A stretch of 64,000 bases of DNA, taken from positions 87,978,001-88,042,000 of the forward strand of contig OX597818.1 of assembly GCA_951406725.2 (NCBI GenBank), given 5' to 3'. This document shows positions 44,040 through 58,045 of this stretch, piece after piece. A program made the translations under genes and the position numbers. A model generated the notes under the pieces. The model was not told where the DNA came from. It did not search any database and saw only the letters and a list, made by a program, of their open reading frames with translations. This DNA comes from Octopus vulgaris. Its lineage: Eukaryota. Every line of letters starts with the position of its first letter. The first letter of the stretch is position 1.

Positions 44040-44500
44040 AAGGCCGAAGACGGTGAATTGGCAGAGTCATCTGTATTTGTTTCGATTCCCGGCTCTCTGA
44101 GTTCAAATCCCACAGAAGTCCTCCTTGAATTTTCATCCTTTGGAGGTCAGTATAAAAACATGCCAATCCAGGGCTGTGAGATGATGAAACTGTAAGAAAC
44201 TGTAAGGTGGGCAATACGCCTTGCAGTATCTCTTCCTGCTCTTTGTATTCTGAGTTCAAATCACGCCGTACTCAACTTTGTATCTTCATCTTTTTGGGGT
44301 CGATATTTGAAACTCAGCCTGGCAGAATCGTTAGCACGCCGGATTAGATGCTTACCAGCATTACTTCCGTATTTACTCTCTGTGCCCAAATTCCACCGAT
44401 GTCGGCTGTGCCTTTCAATTTTTCAGGGTCGATAAAATAAGTACCAGTTGAGCCCCTTCATCCAAATTTCTGGCCTTGAGCCAAGATTTGAAACCGATAT
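44040..44500 (+). mobile_element. Diverged SINE family B cluster
   Basis: tctgagttcaaat, ggggtcgat and aagtaccagtt motifs. Confidence 0.6.
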
Positions 44501-45623
44501 TTGAAACTCAGCCTAGTTTTGTGTAACATCTTGGAGAAGTGTATTAGCACTAGACGAGGCTATCCGCTTGATACATTCCTCTTCGAAAGGCAACATATTC
44601 AGTGTTTGTAACTCTATTGTCTGTAGCTACAGAGTTGCTGGTCATTTATTCATGAGATGTTTCACAGATCTACCAACTCTTGATCCTAGCTTATTCATGG
44701 CTAATATACCTAGGGTGGTACGTACGGAGAATGCCGCCACAAGTGACAGGGCCTACTTTCTCCCTGTATTGTCTTCGGTTATGGTTTTTTTTTGGTAAGT
44801 AATCGATCTTTACAAGCGTAGTAATGCAATGTAATGGAGTGATGGAATTTTCAGAGGATCAGCAAAGTTACTTTGTGGTACATATTTCGTATCTTTGCGT
44901 TCTGATATTAATAACTGCATGGATATTGGGGTCTGGGTCTATATGCACCAACGAAGCTGCCTTTCACGTCGATAAACCTCGATGGCGTGGAGTTACGAGA
45001 CGTGAATATATGGGCAAGGCAGTGTCTTCCGCAAAATATCTTGCACAAACTTGCACATTGGAAGCTCTTGACTGTGAGTAAAAGAATGGGTTGACCAATA
45101 TTGAAATATTTTGATTATCTGTCTGCATCGTGGGTCTTTATTGCGTATGAATGTGGTAGTGACATAGATCATACTGTTTCTGAAACAGCTGTCAAGATAA
45201 GACTGTCACATAATTCTTTTCGTTTACTTACATTTGTTTATATCTGTAACCTGTATTTTGCATTCCATGTAAATATATGTATTAAGCCAATTTGTGCTTG
45301 TCTGGTTTCCTACCTCAATGACAGCTTGATGAATAACGTTCTTATTGCTTATAGCGACGTCGGAAGAGCTGGGATTTTAAGTTCTCATCTCTCTGAGTAC
45401 TACACTATAGATATCTTGAATATCTATACCACGCCTACTTTACAGTCTTCTATATACTGTATATATATATATATATATATATAATTTCAACAATTGAGGG
45501 TAAAATTAATTAATTATTAATCAATTTCACCAAGTGTTCAGTATGCAAAGGGACCATTTAAGACGAATTCAAATTATTACATTATATAAAAATTATTACA
45601 TTTATATAATGTAATATAATGTA

Positions 45624-45674
<51 letters not shown>

Positions 45675-46070
45675 CATATATACATATAGACACACACACA
45701 CATGTATATGTATGTACGCGTATGTCTATATGTATGGACGCAAGTATGTGGGATATGTACGTGTGCATACGATTTTTCTATCTTTCTATCTCTCACTTTC
45801 TTCCCCTCTCTCTCACACCATCTTCTCTCTCACTCACGCTCTAAGAAGAAGAAGAAGAAGAAGGAAGAGGAGAATGAGGAATCAGTAGTGGTCAAACCAG
45901 GAGAAGGATGAGTTTCACGTGGTCAAAAATGCCTAAGACACGCTGTAAGGCCGTTGCCATAATCTGCTTTCATACTTCGTGTTCATTCCGGCATCAGGTT
46001 GGACAATCAAACACACATACTTACGCACAGGCGCATAAAGGCACACACACACAGACACACAGACACACAC

Positions 46071-46121
<51 letters not shown>

Positions 46122-46144
46122 TAACACACGCATTTATATGAGCA

Positions 46145-46460
46145 TACGAGCAAAGTTGCGTGGTTTGTGGTTAGTGTATTCGGCTTACGCTCATATAGTG
46201 GTGGGTTCGATTCTCAGCGGTACGCTGTACCCCCGAGCAGGATACTTTATTTCCACTCAGCCGGCAAAAATAAGTTTTACCTCTGATTCAAAGGGCCAGT
46301 CTTGTCACAGTTTGTATCACGTTGAATATCCCTGAGAACTACGATATAGGTACGAGTGTCTGTGGAATACTCAGCCACTTGTACGTTGATTTCACTAGCA
46401 GGCTGTTCTTTTGACCTGATCAATTGGAACACTCTTCGTTGTAACCGATGGAATGTCGGT
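46145..46460 (+). mobile_element. Diverged tRNA-derived SINE
   Basis: TGGTTTGTGGTTAG A-box-like, GGTTCGATTCTC B-box-like, then gagcaggatactttatttc domain. Confidence 0.55.
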
Positions 46461-46540
46461 TATTATAAATGTATGTACGTATGTGTGTATGAGTTTATAC
46501 TAACATACACACACACATACATATATAAATGTGCGCACAC

Positions 46541-46582
<42 letters not shown>

Positions 46583-46586
46583 GTAT

Positions 46587-46971
46587 CTCTTTTACTCTTT
46601 TCGGTCATTTGACTGCGGCCATGCTGGAGCACCACCTTTAGTCGAGAAAATCGACCCCAGGACATATTCTTTGTAAGCCTAGTACTTATTCTATCGGGCT
46701 CTTTTACCGAACTGCTAAGTTACGGGGACGTAAACGCACCAGCATCGGTTGTCAAGCGATGTTGGGGGGGCAAACACAGACACACAAAGAAACACACACA
46801 CACACATATATATATACATATACAAATATACGGCGGGTTTCTTTCAGTTTCCGTCTAGCAAATCCACTAACAAGGCTTTGGTCGGCCCGAGGCTATAGTA
46901 GGAGACACTTGCCCAAAGTGCCACGCAGTGGGACTGAACCCGGAACCATGTGGTTGGTAAGCAAACTACTT
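46587..46971 (-). mobile_element. SINE family A body; its first ~37 nt are displaced to 49576-49612 by an insertion
   Basis: Family A sequence stops at ggtaagcaaactactt and resumes at ttagcaagctacttaccacacagtcactcctgcgcct. Confidence 0.88.
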
Positions 46972-49575
46972 TATTTCAAAACATTTGCCATAAAGGCAGT
47001 ACACAGATTAAGTTAGCTTTGCGGGCTGGACGAGGACATTAATGAGGTGAATGATAATGAAAGAAAGATGATAAGGATGGGAGAAGACAAAAAGCGCCCG
47101 CCGACTTTGGCTTCTCTAAAACATTGTTCTTTTTAAAGATAAACACAAAACGAGGTATTAAACCTCTTACAATTTTTCCAATTTTTGGACTTAGCAGTCC
47201 ATTATTAATACAAAACGAGGTATTAATCCCCTTACAATTTTTCAATTTTTGGACTTAAGTCCATTACTAATAATACATATCGTCCTCGAAATAGCTTGTG
47301 CCCGCGCCCTCCACCATCAACCACGCCTCCCTCAGAACGTAGTCAAGTTCCGAGTTCGCGTCGCCCGGGACCAAGTTATAATCTTCATTGAGCTCCTTTA
47401 GCCCAAGCGTCATGTCGAACGCCACGGCCTCCACAGCTACCTGCGGAGGCCATTCGGGGTCCTGGGTGAAGGCTAAAGGTGCTCCCTTGTAGTGCTCTTC
47501 CATCACTTTTTCAATTTCTCCTCCTCTATAGAAGAGGACCAATACGTTCAGTTCTTTCGTTAGCGGCACAGTTTCCGCCAACGGTATTCCTTCTCTTGTC
47601 GGTGGCGCAACCCCAACCGACGTAGTTCCGGGACATTCCGGTGCTACACTGACAGCCGGTAATGTCCCGTTTTTTTTCCTCTTTTTCTTTTTTTTCCCTT
47701 TTCAACTGAGGGAGGGTGCGTCTCCTCCGTGGCTGGAAGATTCGCCTTCCTCTCCTCATCCCTATTATCCTTTGGTGAGCACCCATTGTTGCTCACCTTC
47801 CTCTTTCGGCCTCTGTTTGAGGAGTCCTCTGCTTTCTCGGCCGTTATCGTTCCCTCTTCTAGAGGGGTTTTACTTAACTGTTCCGGGATCCTATTTTGTT
47901 CCCGAGGACAGTTCTTCTTTATGTGGCCGGACTCCAAGCACCGATGACACCTAGCGGGGCGACCCTCAAGCATCACCGGGTACCTGCACCCGGCCATTTT
48001 CAAAAAATCTGGAAGAACCAGGGTCCACAGGGTCAAAATTGCTTTTGACCCAACCCAAGCAGCCGCAGGAAGAACTTTTACATTGAGGAGCTTAGTTTCG
48101 CTGTCACCCAGACCCCGGCGGATAGTCTCCTCTATCCACTCGGGTTCTATGTCGGGTGGCAGTCCGCAGATCCAAGCTTTCATCAATTTCTTTTTTTTGT
48201 ACGTGGGCAGGAATAAGATTTCCTTACCCTCCAAGGGTTTGCTAGCAAATTTGCAAGCCTCTTCAGGGGTGTCAAATAGCAACCACACCGTTGCATATTT
48301 GACACCCCTGGAAATGAATTTAATTGTTGGCAAATACTCTTCCAACTCCTTTTCAATTGCCGTCTTTTCGAATAGGGCGATGGTGTCAAGTGCCTTGGAG
48401 TAGGCTCTCAACACCACCGTCCTATCTTCACGGTCTTTTAACCACTTTTTGGGTGGTATGATTTCCCACTCCAAAATTTTGTTATTTTTCATTGCCATGT
48501 TTTTTTTAAAATATATTCAAATTAAACTCAAAAGCAGGAAGAAAAAAGTTCAAAAGTCCAAATAAAATTTGATAGATTTTTGAAAAAACAAAAAGGAGAA
48601 AGCACAACAGAAGGGAAGAAATTAACGGAAAGTCGCAATAAAGAAAAAAACAAAAGGGGGGGGGGTTAAATGAAGTTCAAAAGAAAGTTAATAAACAGAA
48701 AAAACACAGCAAAAATATTCTGGCCTTGCGGTACTCCCGGCCTGGGTTGAACCTGGAACGCCGCAACTGCAACACAACCTCCACAAAAATGGGTCCGAAA
48801 GGTAATCCAATAGTGGCTTATTTTTATACTTTTCTTGCGAAGTACTCTGACAAGGGAATAAATTCAACAAACCCAAACACACCACTGGCTACCGCCAACG
48901 GTAATTTTAACAGTAACTGTATTGAATTCTGAGGATACGCCCCTCCACTGTTTTTTCCGTTTTTTTTTCAATGAACACAAAAACGGCAGCCGCCTAGAGC
49001 AGGCGAAATTGTCTCAGAGTTGGACACAACTTACTGAAATAATAATTGGCTCGCAATAAATTATGCCCAACTCACAATAAACAAAATCACTTACCTCGAC
49101 AACTTTCCGTTTTTGGTCTTTTTTCTTTACTCCCGGCCTAAATTGAACCAGGAACGCACAACTTCCACAAAAATTGGTGTAAAATTGGTAAAAATTGTTC
49201 AAACTTCGGAGGCAAAATATTCCCCTATATAGTAGTTTTCACAATTCATAAAAGTTCTTCACAGCACAATACAATTCTCACAATTACATGAGAAAAATAT
49301 TTACTCAATTTATCGGAGACGGATACGCCCCCAAAAATTTTTCTCAGCGAGAAAAATATATTTGCCACATGTCGGCAGAATCAGAATTCTGAATCCAGTA
49401 GGACTTCCTGCCTGTAAAAAACAATTCTCAACAAAAACTCCCACTGGACCCAGAAAACAGAATCTTACCTTACATGGGGCTTCCAAAGTTTTCAATTCAA
49501 GACGGCTTCAATAGCACGTCTTCACCGCTTCAGTGCCAAACACAACACTGACTCGCACATGCGCAGAAGCAACCG
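46972..49575 (-). mobile_element. ORF1-only (HAL1-like) non-autonomous L1/Tx1-type retroelement, apparently complete
   Basis: 14-bp TSD with 12/14 identity (TAAGCAAACTACTT / TTAGCAAGCTACTT); ~1.07-kb 5' UTR; ORF1; 3' UTR with ~65-bp tandem duplication; ends AATAAA; no RT or APE motifs seen. Confidence 0.8.
47644..48498 (-). CDS. LINE ORF1/gag-like nucleic-acid-binding protein with CCHC zinc knuckle; probably continues by frameshift into 47267-47581
   Basis: 284-aa ORF starting at ATG, with CHRCLESGHIKKNC (CX2CX4HX4C), an RRM-like stretch WICGLPPDI upstream and a basic C-terminus. Confidence 0.75.
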   Translation of the reverse strand: MAMKNNKILEWEIIPPKKWLKDREDRTVVLRAYSKALDTIALFEKTAIEKELEEYLPTIKFISRGVKYATVWLLFDTPEEACKFASKPLEGKEILFLPTYKKKKLMKAWICGLPPDIEPEWIEETIRRGLGDSETKLLNVKVLPAAAWVGSKAILTLWTLVLPDFLKMAGCRYPVMLEGRPARCHRCLESGHIKKNCPREQNRIPEQLSKTPLEEGTITAEKAEDSSNRGRKRKVSNNGCSPKDNRDEERKANLPATEETHPPSVEKGKKRKRGKKTGHYRLSV

Positions 49576-49831
49576 TTAGCAAGCTACTTACCACACAGTC
49601 ACTCCTGCGCCTACGTATGTGTATATATATATATGTGTATGTGTGTGTTTATGTATATATGTATACATATTTGTGTGTGTGTATGTGTGTGTGTGTGTGT
49701 GTGTGTATGTGTGTATGTGTGTGTGTGTGTGCGTGCATTGTCAACCGTAACGCCTTATCGCCCGTTGCATATGAATTGTAACATTTGGAAATATCAAACA
49801 GGTTTCGGGAATTTCCTCGAAGACTCCCTAC

Positions 49832-49862
<31 letters not shown>

Positions 49863-50353
49863 ACAACAGCAACAACAACAATAACAACATACATTCACTA
49901 CCGCAACAATCCCCATCTCAACCACCACAACCAGAAGCAACCACATCACCACCACCGCCACCACCACCACCACCACAACTACTACGAAACAAAACGCCAA
50001 TTCAACGACCCGGACAAAACCTTTGGCAAATGGTTCCATAATTACAAGAAAGATAACATGAGGGCAAGAATTATAGGAGAAATAAGCTCCAAGGAAATCC
50101 ATAAAAACAACAGAATAATGAAAACAACAAAATCACACACACACACACACACAAACACACACTCACACGCATACACACGCACACAAACGCACACAGTTAC
50201 ACGCATACATACACAGACGGACATCTTTAATGTTATTTTTAAAATTATACTGCCAATTAAATATTATAGCAAACAACATCAAAACCAATAACAACAACAA
50301 TAATAATAATATTAATAATAATAATGATGATGATAATGATGATGATGATAATG

Positions 50354-50396
<43 letters not shown>

Positions 50397-50442
50397 TAAT
50401 AATAATAATAATAATAATATATAATAATAATAATGATGATAA

Positions 50443-50484
<42 letters not shown>

Positions 50485-50508
50485 GTAATGATAACAATAA
50501 CAATGATG

Positions 50509-50575
<67 letters not shown>

Positions 50576-50577
50576 TG

Positions 50578-50637
<60 letters not shown>

Positions 50638-50849
50638 GCAATAATAATAATTATATTTGACACCAGATTGAAGAAACCATTAAACGGGATTTAGTTTAAT
50701 AAGTCAATTTCCCGCTCTTTCTTGTAATTATTTCAGCAGCTTCCGTTTGTTGTAATTACAGTAAGGATTTTCTCTCCATCCCTCATACTCTCCCTCTCTC
50801 TCCCCTCCTCTCTCTCTCTCTATCTCTCTCTCTGTCACTCAGTCTGACT

Positions 50850-50889
<40 letters not shown>

Positions 50890-50985
50890 TGTTTCATTTT
50901 CCTAACGACCCTCGATTCTTAGAAAAGTCGTTCATAACCTCATCCTTTAGTTATGTTAAGTAGTAACACAAATGCACGTGTGTGC

Positions 50986-51028
<43 letters not shown>

Positions 51029-51269
51029 TGCATATGTGTATTATATATATATAGTTATATATTTATATTCATATATGTGTGTATGTGTGTGTGTGTTAAA
51101 TAAAATGAGACAATAAAGCCAAGGCTGTGTGGAATTTTCAGGACATTTATAGAGTTTAACTACGGTCCTTCCATAGAATTTGCATGACCTTACCTGCAAC
51201 CTTTCGTCTTCTGGATACCAATACCTCTCTTACCTTTGCCCTACATACATACATACATACATACATACA

Positions 51270-51303
<34 letters not shown>

Positions 51304-51324
51304 CATACATACACACATACACTC

Positions 51325-51359
<35 letters not shown>

Positions 51360-51497
51360 AAAAAGTTGAGTTGTGGGGTATCGCACGAGTGGGATTATAT
51401 AAGAAAAAAGGTTTGAAAATGCAATTTAAACGATGTTTATTTACTTAACCGGTTTCACTCTTTGGTAAAAGATTGTCAAAAGTTACATTTAAGGAAA

Positions 51498-51724
51498 CAT
51501 TGAATAATATGGGTTCAAAAAAGTTTTTTACATAATTGTCACATTGAATATTATGCATTCAAAAAAGTTTTTTACATAATTGTCACATTGGATATTATGG
51601 GTTCAAAAAAAGTTTTTTACATAATTGTCACATTGAATATTATGCATTCAAAAAAGTTTTTTACATAATTGTCACATTGGATATTATGAATTCAAAAATG
51701 TTTTTTTATACATAATTGTCACAT
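51498..51724. repeat. Minisatellite, ~44-bp unit x5
   Basis: acattg.at.ttatg..ttcaaaaaagtttttacataattgtc repeated head to tail. Confidence 0.9.
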
Positions 51725-52187
51725 TATTTGGGAAAATTTGGCAGAAAAGGATAAAACAAATATATTATTGGGAATTGGTTGCGTTAATTATTGGTGGTCG
51801 CAAATTGTCACATTACATGTATATATATACAATCTTTGGTATATATATACAGCGTTTTGACAGCAAAAATTAAAATGGATTTTTTGTCCATCTCAGAATA
51901 TTTTAAGTATGTTTTTACTGACCTGTTAGTATTAGCAGAAAGGCTGAACTGAGAGAACAGAAGTAGCCAATGTGGTGTATACTTCCCCTTTATGCATGAA
52001 TGATTTTGGGGTTATCAGGAGGTTAGTATGCGGGTGTGAATAGATGTGTCCGTGCCTGCTGGTCAGACAGCGTCTGTTTGTCACACACATATATATACAC
52101 ACAAACACACACACACACAACAACACACACACACACACACATAGTATACAATATATACATATATAAATACATAAATATATGAATATG

Positions 52188-52225
<38 letters not shown>

Positions 52226-52297
52226 TATATATAAATATATATATATTATACACTCAAACACAAACTCATACATACGTCCATGTTTAATAAATCTATA

Positions 52298-52339
<42 letters not shown>

Positions 52340-52350
52340 ATATATATATA

Positions 52351-52423
<73 letters not shown>

Positions 52424-52528
52424 CAAACCTGAAACATATCGGATGATTTCAGAACATCAATACTTAGTCTCTCTCTCTCTCTTCCACGCACACACACATA
52501 CACACATATGTATGTATATGTATATATT

Positions 52529-53015
<487 letters not shown>

Positions 53016-53086
53016 ATGTATATATTAAATGAACCCGGAACCAAGTGGTTCGTAAGCAAGCTACTTACCACACAGCCACTCCTACG

Positions 53087-53133
<47 letters not shown>

Positions 53134-53570
53134 CACACACACACAGACACATAAGCGCATGCATGCCTGTGTAGTAAGAAGCTTTCTCCTCAACTGCACG
53201 GTTCCGTGTTTAGTCTCCATGTATGACACCTTGGGCAAGTGTCTTTTACTATAGCTTCCGGCCGACCAAAGCCTTGTGAGTGGATTTGATAGACGGAAGC
53301 TGTAAGAATCCCGTCGTATGTATATATATATAGCAAGGGTTGAACAGACAGAACAACAAAAAGAAAAAGACGAAAGCAGAGCAAACGGGAAACTAGACGA
53401 AAACTTAACGGACGGTGAATATAGACAAAGACACGATGCACGGAATATTTGCAACCTCGTCAGTCAATGAAGCAAAATATTCATCGTGGATTTGCATACA
53501 TACATGTGTATATATAAATGTATGTGTATGTATGTATGTATGTATGTATGTATGTATGTATGTATGTATG

Positions 53571-53634
<64 letters not shown>

Positions 53635-53868
53635 TATATTTACGAAATCCTCGCACAAGATCTTAATCGAACCGGTGCTATTGCAGAAGTCACTTGCTTA
53701 AAGTGTTACGCAGAGATACTGAACCTGGAACCATGTGGTTGGCAACCAAATACCTTTCCACACAGCCACGCATGCGTCTAACTATACACACATATCTTTG
53801 TGCATACATTCGTACATACATACATACATACATACATACATACATACATACACACATACATACATACA

Positions 53869-53902
<34 letters not shown>

Positions 53903-53932
53903 CATACATACATACATACATGCATGCATACA

Positions 53933-54009
<77 letters not shown>

Positions 54010-54031
54010 ATTCTATATAATTCTATATTAT

Positions 54032-54286
54032 TTGTTTTTAGTTCCCACAACATTATCTAGTAAAATTTGGGAACTAAGAACAAATAATATAGAATTCAAC
54101 CTAAAATGGGATATAGTTAGAAGAGCGCAACCTTATAGAAATAGTAGGGATGGTTGTCAACTTTGTTCTATGGAAACTTATGAAATTTTGAAACATCGGA
54201 GTAATACAAATCTGTTGAATAACCGTTTGGAACTGGGAGGATCTTGTATACATCGTACGACCCGAACGTTTAAATACTTTAAATAA
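54032..54286 (+). pseudogene. Penelope-like element GIY-YIG endonuclease C-terminal remnant
   Basis: TTLSSKIWEL..N....LKWDIV..A.PY......CQLC.ME...I.......LLNNR.EL...CIHR pattern typical of PLE ORF ends; 5' part replaced by (TA)n. Confidence 0.8.
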
Positions 54287-55414
54287 TAATTTTGTGAATA
54301 TTCCTATATTTTTCAAATTTTAATTATTTATAACCAAATAAGAAGGAATATACCATACTAGCTTTCAATCTAACATTTATAGATGACTAAAGTAACTTCA
54401 CTGCAAACTTAAAATTGAATTCTTCTTTTTTCTAAAATTAAACTGTATGAATCTAAATAGTTGGAATCCTAAATAGTATGAATCTCAAATAGTAGGAATA
54501 CTAAATAGTATGAATCCTATGTCCCTAAGGAAACTATTCGGTTCACCTTGATTATCTCACTTCCATTTCTTAATATATAATTAGTCTAAGATATCTTTAC
54601 AAAATATATTTAACCAAATAGGAACGAATATACCATACTGGTTTTAGTTTAACACCCATATATGATTAAAAAAACTATATTTTAATTCATTAATATCAAC
54701 TCACTATCCATGAAATTTGAATAATTTACTCTTCTAAATTACCTCTCTTCATATTATAAAATATCGCCTTCTACTAAACCTATGAATATCTTCCTTCTTT
54801 GATTTTCCCTCTTCCATCTTTCTTAGTATATATTTTGACCCCTAATATGTTCACTTGATTAATAAGGCTTTTCCCCCCAGTTAATAAGTACTATGCCTAC
54901 TCATAATAAGTGATAGTCTCTTTCTCCAAATTTGAATAAATTTTAGATTTATATTTTTTCCTTTATTCTAACGTGTCAAAGTACTTGGAACTTATAGACC
55001 AACTGTTGTGTTGATATGCATAGGATTTGTAAGGTCTCTGCATTCTCTGTGAATATTATTGTGACCATTTGACTTTGACCTAGTTCTCCTAACGCTGAAT
55101 CTGTTCATCAAATAGTAGTAATTGGCATTTAGTTGTGACAATGCTGTCTTCTACATAAATTCCTTATATGGAGCTATGTCATCCCCTTTACCCAATTTCT
55201 ATAAGTAGAAAATCTTTATTGTCTCTTTTCATTTGTTCTTCCCTCTCAGAACCTTACAGTAGTCTGGAACAACTGAATCTTAGTCAGTCAGTTGATGGGC
55301 TCCACTACCTCAAATGTTCTTAAAATTTTAATCCACATATTTGTCTATGTATCTACCTTCTCTATAATGTTGCCACTTGATATGAAAATTTTTGTATTAA
55401 TGGAAAACCTCTAT

Positions 55415-55505
55415 AATTGGCTGATGAGTGCTCAGCATTTTAAAGCTGTTGTAATACTTACAACATTTAATAAAATGATGTAGTACGAAACGATCGTACC
55501 AAATT
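55415..55505 (+). ncRNA. Canonical minimal type-I hammerhead ribozyme motif in a putative PLE 3' UTR / pLTR
   Basis: TTGG-CTGATGA-GTGCT...AGTAC-GAAAC-GATC-GTA-CCAA; extended stem II with inner hairpin TGTTGTAA/TTACAACA; palindromic ACGATCGT. Confidence 0.85.
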
Positions 55506-55547
55506 ACCGGAGTCATTCTTGTTGCTTATTTTGATTATATATATATG

Positions 55548-55607
<60 letters not shown>

Positions 55608-55608
<1 letters not shown>

Positions 55609-55915
55609 GGAGCCGCAATGGCCCAGTGTTTAGAACAGCGAACTCGCGGTCGTAGGATAGCGGTTTCGTTTCCCAGACCGGGCGTTGTGAGTGTTTAATG
55701 CGCGAAAACACCTAAAGCTCCATGAGGCTCCGGCAGGAGGTGGTGGCGATCCCTGTTGTACTCTTTCGCCACACCTTTCTCTCACTCTTTCTTGTGTTGG
55801 CCTGCTCGTTTAGCCAGCGGGGTGGTGTCATTTGAAGGCTAAAACAATGCGAAGCGCATTGTGACCAACGATGTGCAGCAACATCTGATAGCCTGGTCGG
55901 TCACGGTGACGGTAA
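55608..55915 (+). mobile_element. tRNA-derived SINE family C
   Basis: CGCAATGGCCCAGTGTTTAGAACAGCG...GGTTTCGTTTCCCAGACCGGG; body matches the 31111 copy. Confidence 0.8.
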
Positions 55916-55989
55916 TATATATATATATACATAATATCTATCTATCTATATATATAATATATAGATAGATAGATAGATATATAGATAGT

Positions 55990-56037
<48 letters not shown>

Positions 56038-56580
56038 AAGAAGCTCACACTCACACACGTACATGCTCCCAGCTGTAGATATTAGCAACAGAAGCAGTCG
56101 CCTAAGGAATCCATGCATACCACCACCAACATCACCACCACATTCAGTATATTCGAAATGCTAAGCGAAAAATTTGAAAACAATAAATTAAATGCAAGAC
56201 AAATCAAAACGTGAGAATTCCTCGAGTAGCGTCTAGCTTATTTAACAATACGTTGCGTAGGCGATATTAACGGATATAACTTCTTTATTGACCGAGACGT
56301 TGCGAAAGAAAGTACTTTCCTGGAGATGTAAAGCTTCCAATGAAGCTGTTAGATTCCTCAGTGCTAATGTGTAACAAGTTGTCATGCTTAAATCCGTTGA
56401 TTGTATTGAGAATATTGCTTATGATACCTGTCTACGGAAGAAAGAAGCTGTAGTAAACTAAAGCTTACGAAGACATATTGACGGTTGTCCTAGATACGAG
56501 ATAGATTAAATTCTTTGGCAAATTTGTCATGGTATCGTGGTATGGGTGCGTATGTGTGTGTGTGCGCGCGCACGTGCATG

Positions 56581-56620
<40 letters not shown>

Positions 56621-57259
56621 TAAATAAAATAAAACATAGGCATATATATAAACATATATGTACGTACCTACCTCTACATGTACATATACACGCATATATG
56701 AGTACAGGACACCAAAAAGGACGTCGAACACAACGAGAAACGAAAACATAGACACAAACCAAGGAACTGGACATTTATTTAAAAACAGCAAAAAAATAGA
56801 ATACAGGATAATTAACACAAAGAAAAACCCCTTCTTCAGTCGCTAAAGCTTTCCTCTACTCTACGTTTCGAAGGATAAAAGCGAGACGTATCTTCGACAA
56901 GAAAACTTTCCTTCCTGCGAAAAGCAAATCAATTAAAATTCTGAGATCTTTTCGCAGAGGGGTAAAAAAAATAGTAACAACAGGACAGTAACGACAGTGC
57001 AAATTGTAAACAGTATAAGACAGGTCAAGGAAAACAAGATAATATATATATATATATATATGTATATATACTAAGCAATAAAGGGTTTAGCAACGAATTG
57101 CCTTACCACATACCGAATTTAGAAATAGCAGTCAAAGAGTTATAGCTATTTCTTCTACTAAAAAGGGAGATCTCAGTAAAAAACACAGCAATTGGAAGGC
57201 AGACACAAACAGGTAAGAGAGAATGAATTGACGGCAATCTATCATACAATTTTAAGTTA

Positions 57260-57359
57260 TCTACGGACGCACGTTTCGAAATCAAGTTTTTAGGAAAGCA
57301 TGAGAATTAAATATTAAATAATTCTACGTTACCCAAACTTCTTTTCTCTTCAGCGTAGA
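57260..57359 (-). ncRNA. Type-I hammerhead ribozyme motif
   Basis: Reverse complement of 58046-58145. Confidence 0.85.
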
Positions 57360-58045
57360 ATACTATAATCATAAGTGATTATATATTGAATTTTGAGATG
57401 CTAGAAGGCACCAACTCAACTCAGTATCAGAGCGAGCTAGAATCCGCAACTAGTATCACCAAACTCAACGTGTGAATGAAAGGATTGTGTCACCAGCCCC
57501 TTCCCACCCGCGTGTAGCCAAAACAAGATGCTATGGTCATCTACTGAGATAAAGTATGGTTATCCGTAATAATGAAGGGTGAAATTAATTAATTTGGAAT
57601 AATTATCAATTACACCAAGTAGTCTTCGGCATGTAAAAGCCTCATTCGAGGAAAATTTAAGTAATACTAAGCAATAAAGGGTTTAGCAACGAATTGCCTT
57701 ACCACATACCGAATTTAGAAATAGCAGTCAAAGAGTTATAGCTATTTCTTCTACTAAAAAGGAGATCTCAGTAAAAAACACAGCAATTGGAAGGCAGACA
57801 CAAACAGGTAAGAGAGAATGAATTGACGGCAATCTATCATACAATTTTAAGTTATCTACGGACGCACGTTTCGAAATCAAGTTTTTAGGAAAGCATGAGG
57901 GGAAGGGGCTGGTGACACAATCCTTTCATTCACACGTTGAGTTTGGTGATACTAGTTGCGGATTCTAGCTCGCTCTGATACTGAGTTGAGTTGGTGCCTT
58001 CTAGTATCTCAAAATTCAATATATAATCACTTATGATTATAGTAT

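Noticed and set aside
45100-45200. GAAACAGCTGTC half-site (also GAAACATATGTA at ~4830 on the minus strand)
   Set aside because: No convincing CUGAnGA or stem II partner.
51498-51724. CRISPR-like regular repeats (also 42581-42708)
   Set aside because: Contiguous units with no unique spacers, eukaryotic context, no cas genes.
56825-56875. Possible type-II hammerhead (GAAACGT before CTGAAGA on the minus strand); similar order at 60130-60190 and 34460-34500
   Set aside because: I could not form consistent stems I and II, and the related 5870 copy does not keep the arrangement.
57103-57285. Duplicated 60-aa ORF (also 58120-58302)
   Set aside because: By-product of the repeated segment A; TTG start overlapping the hammerhead, no protein features.
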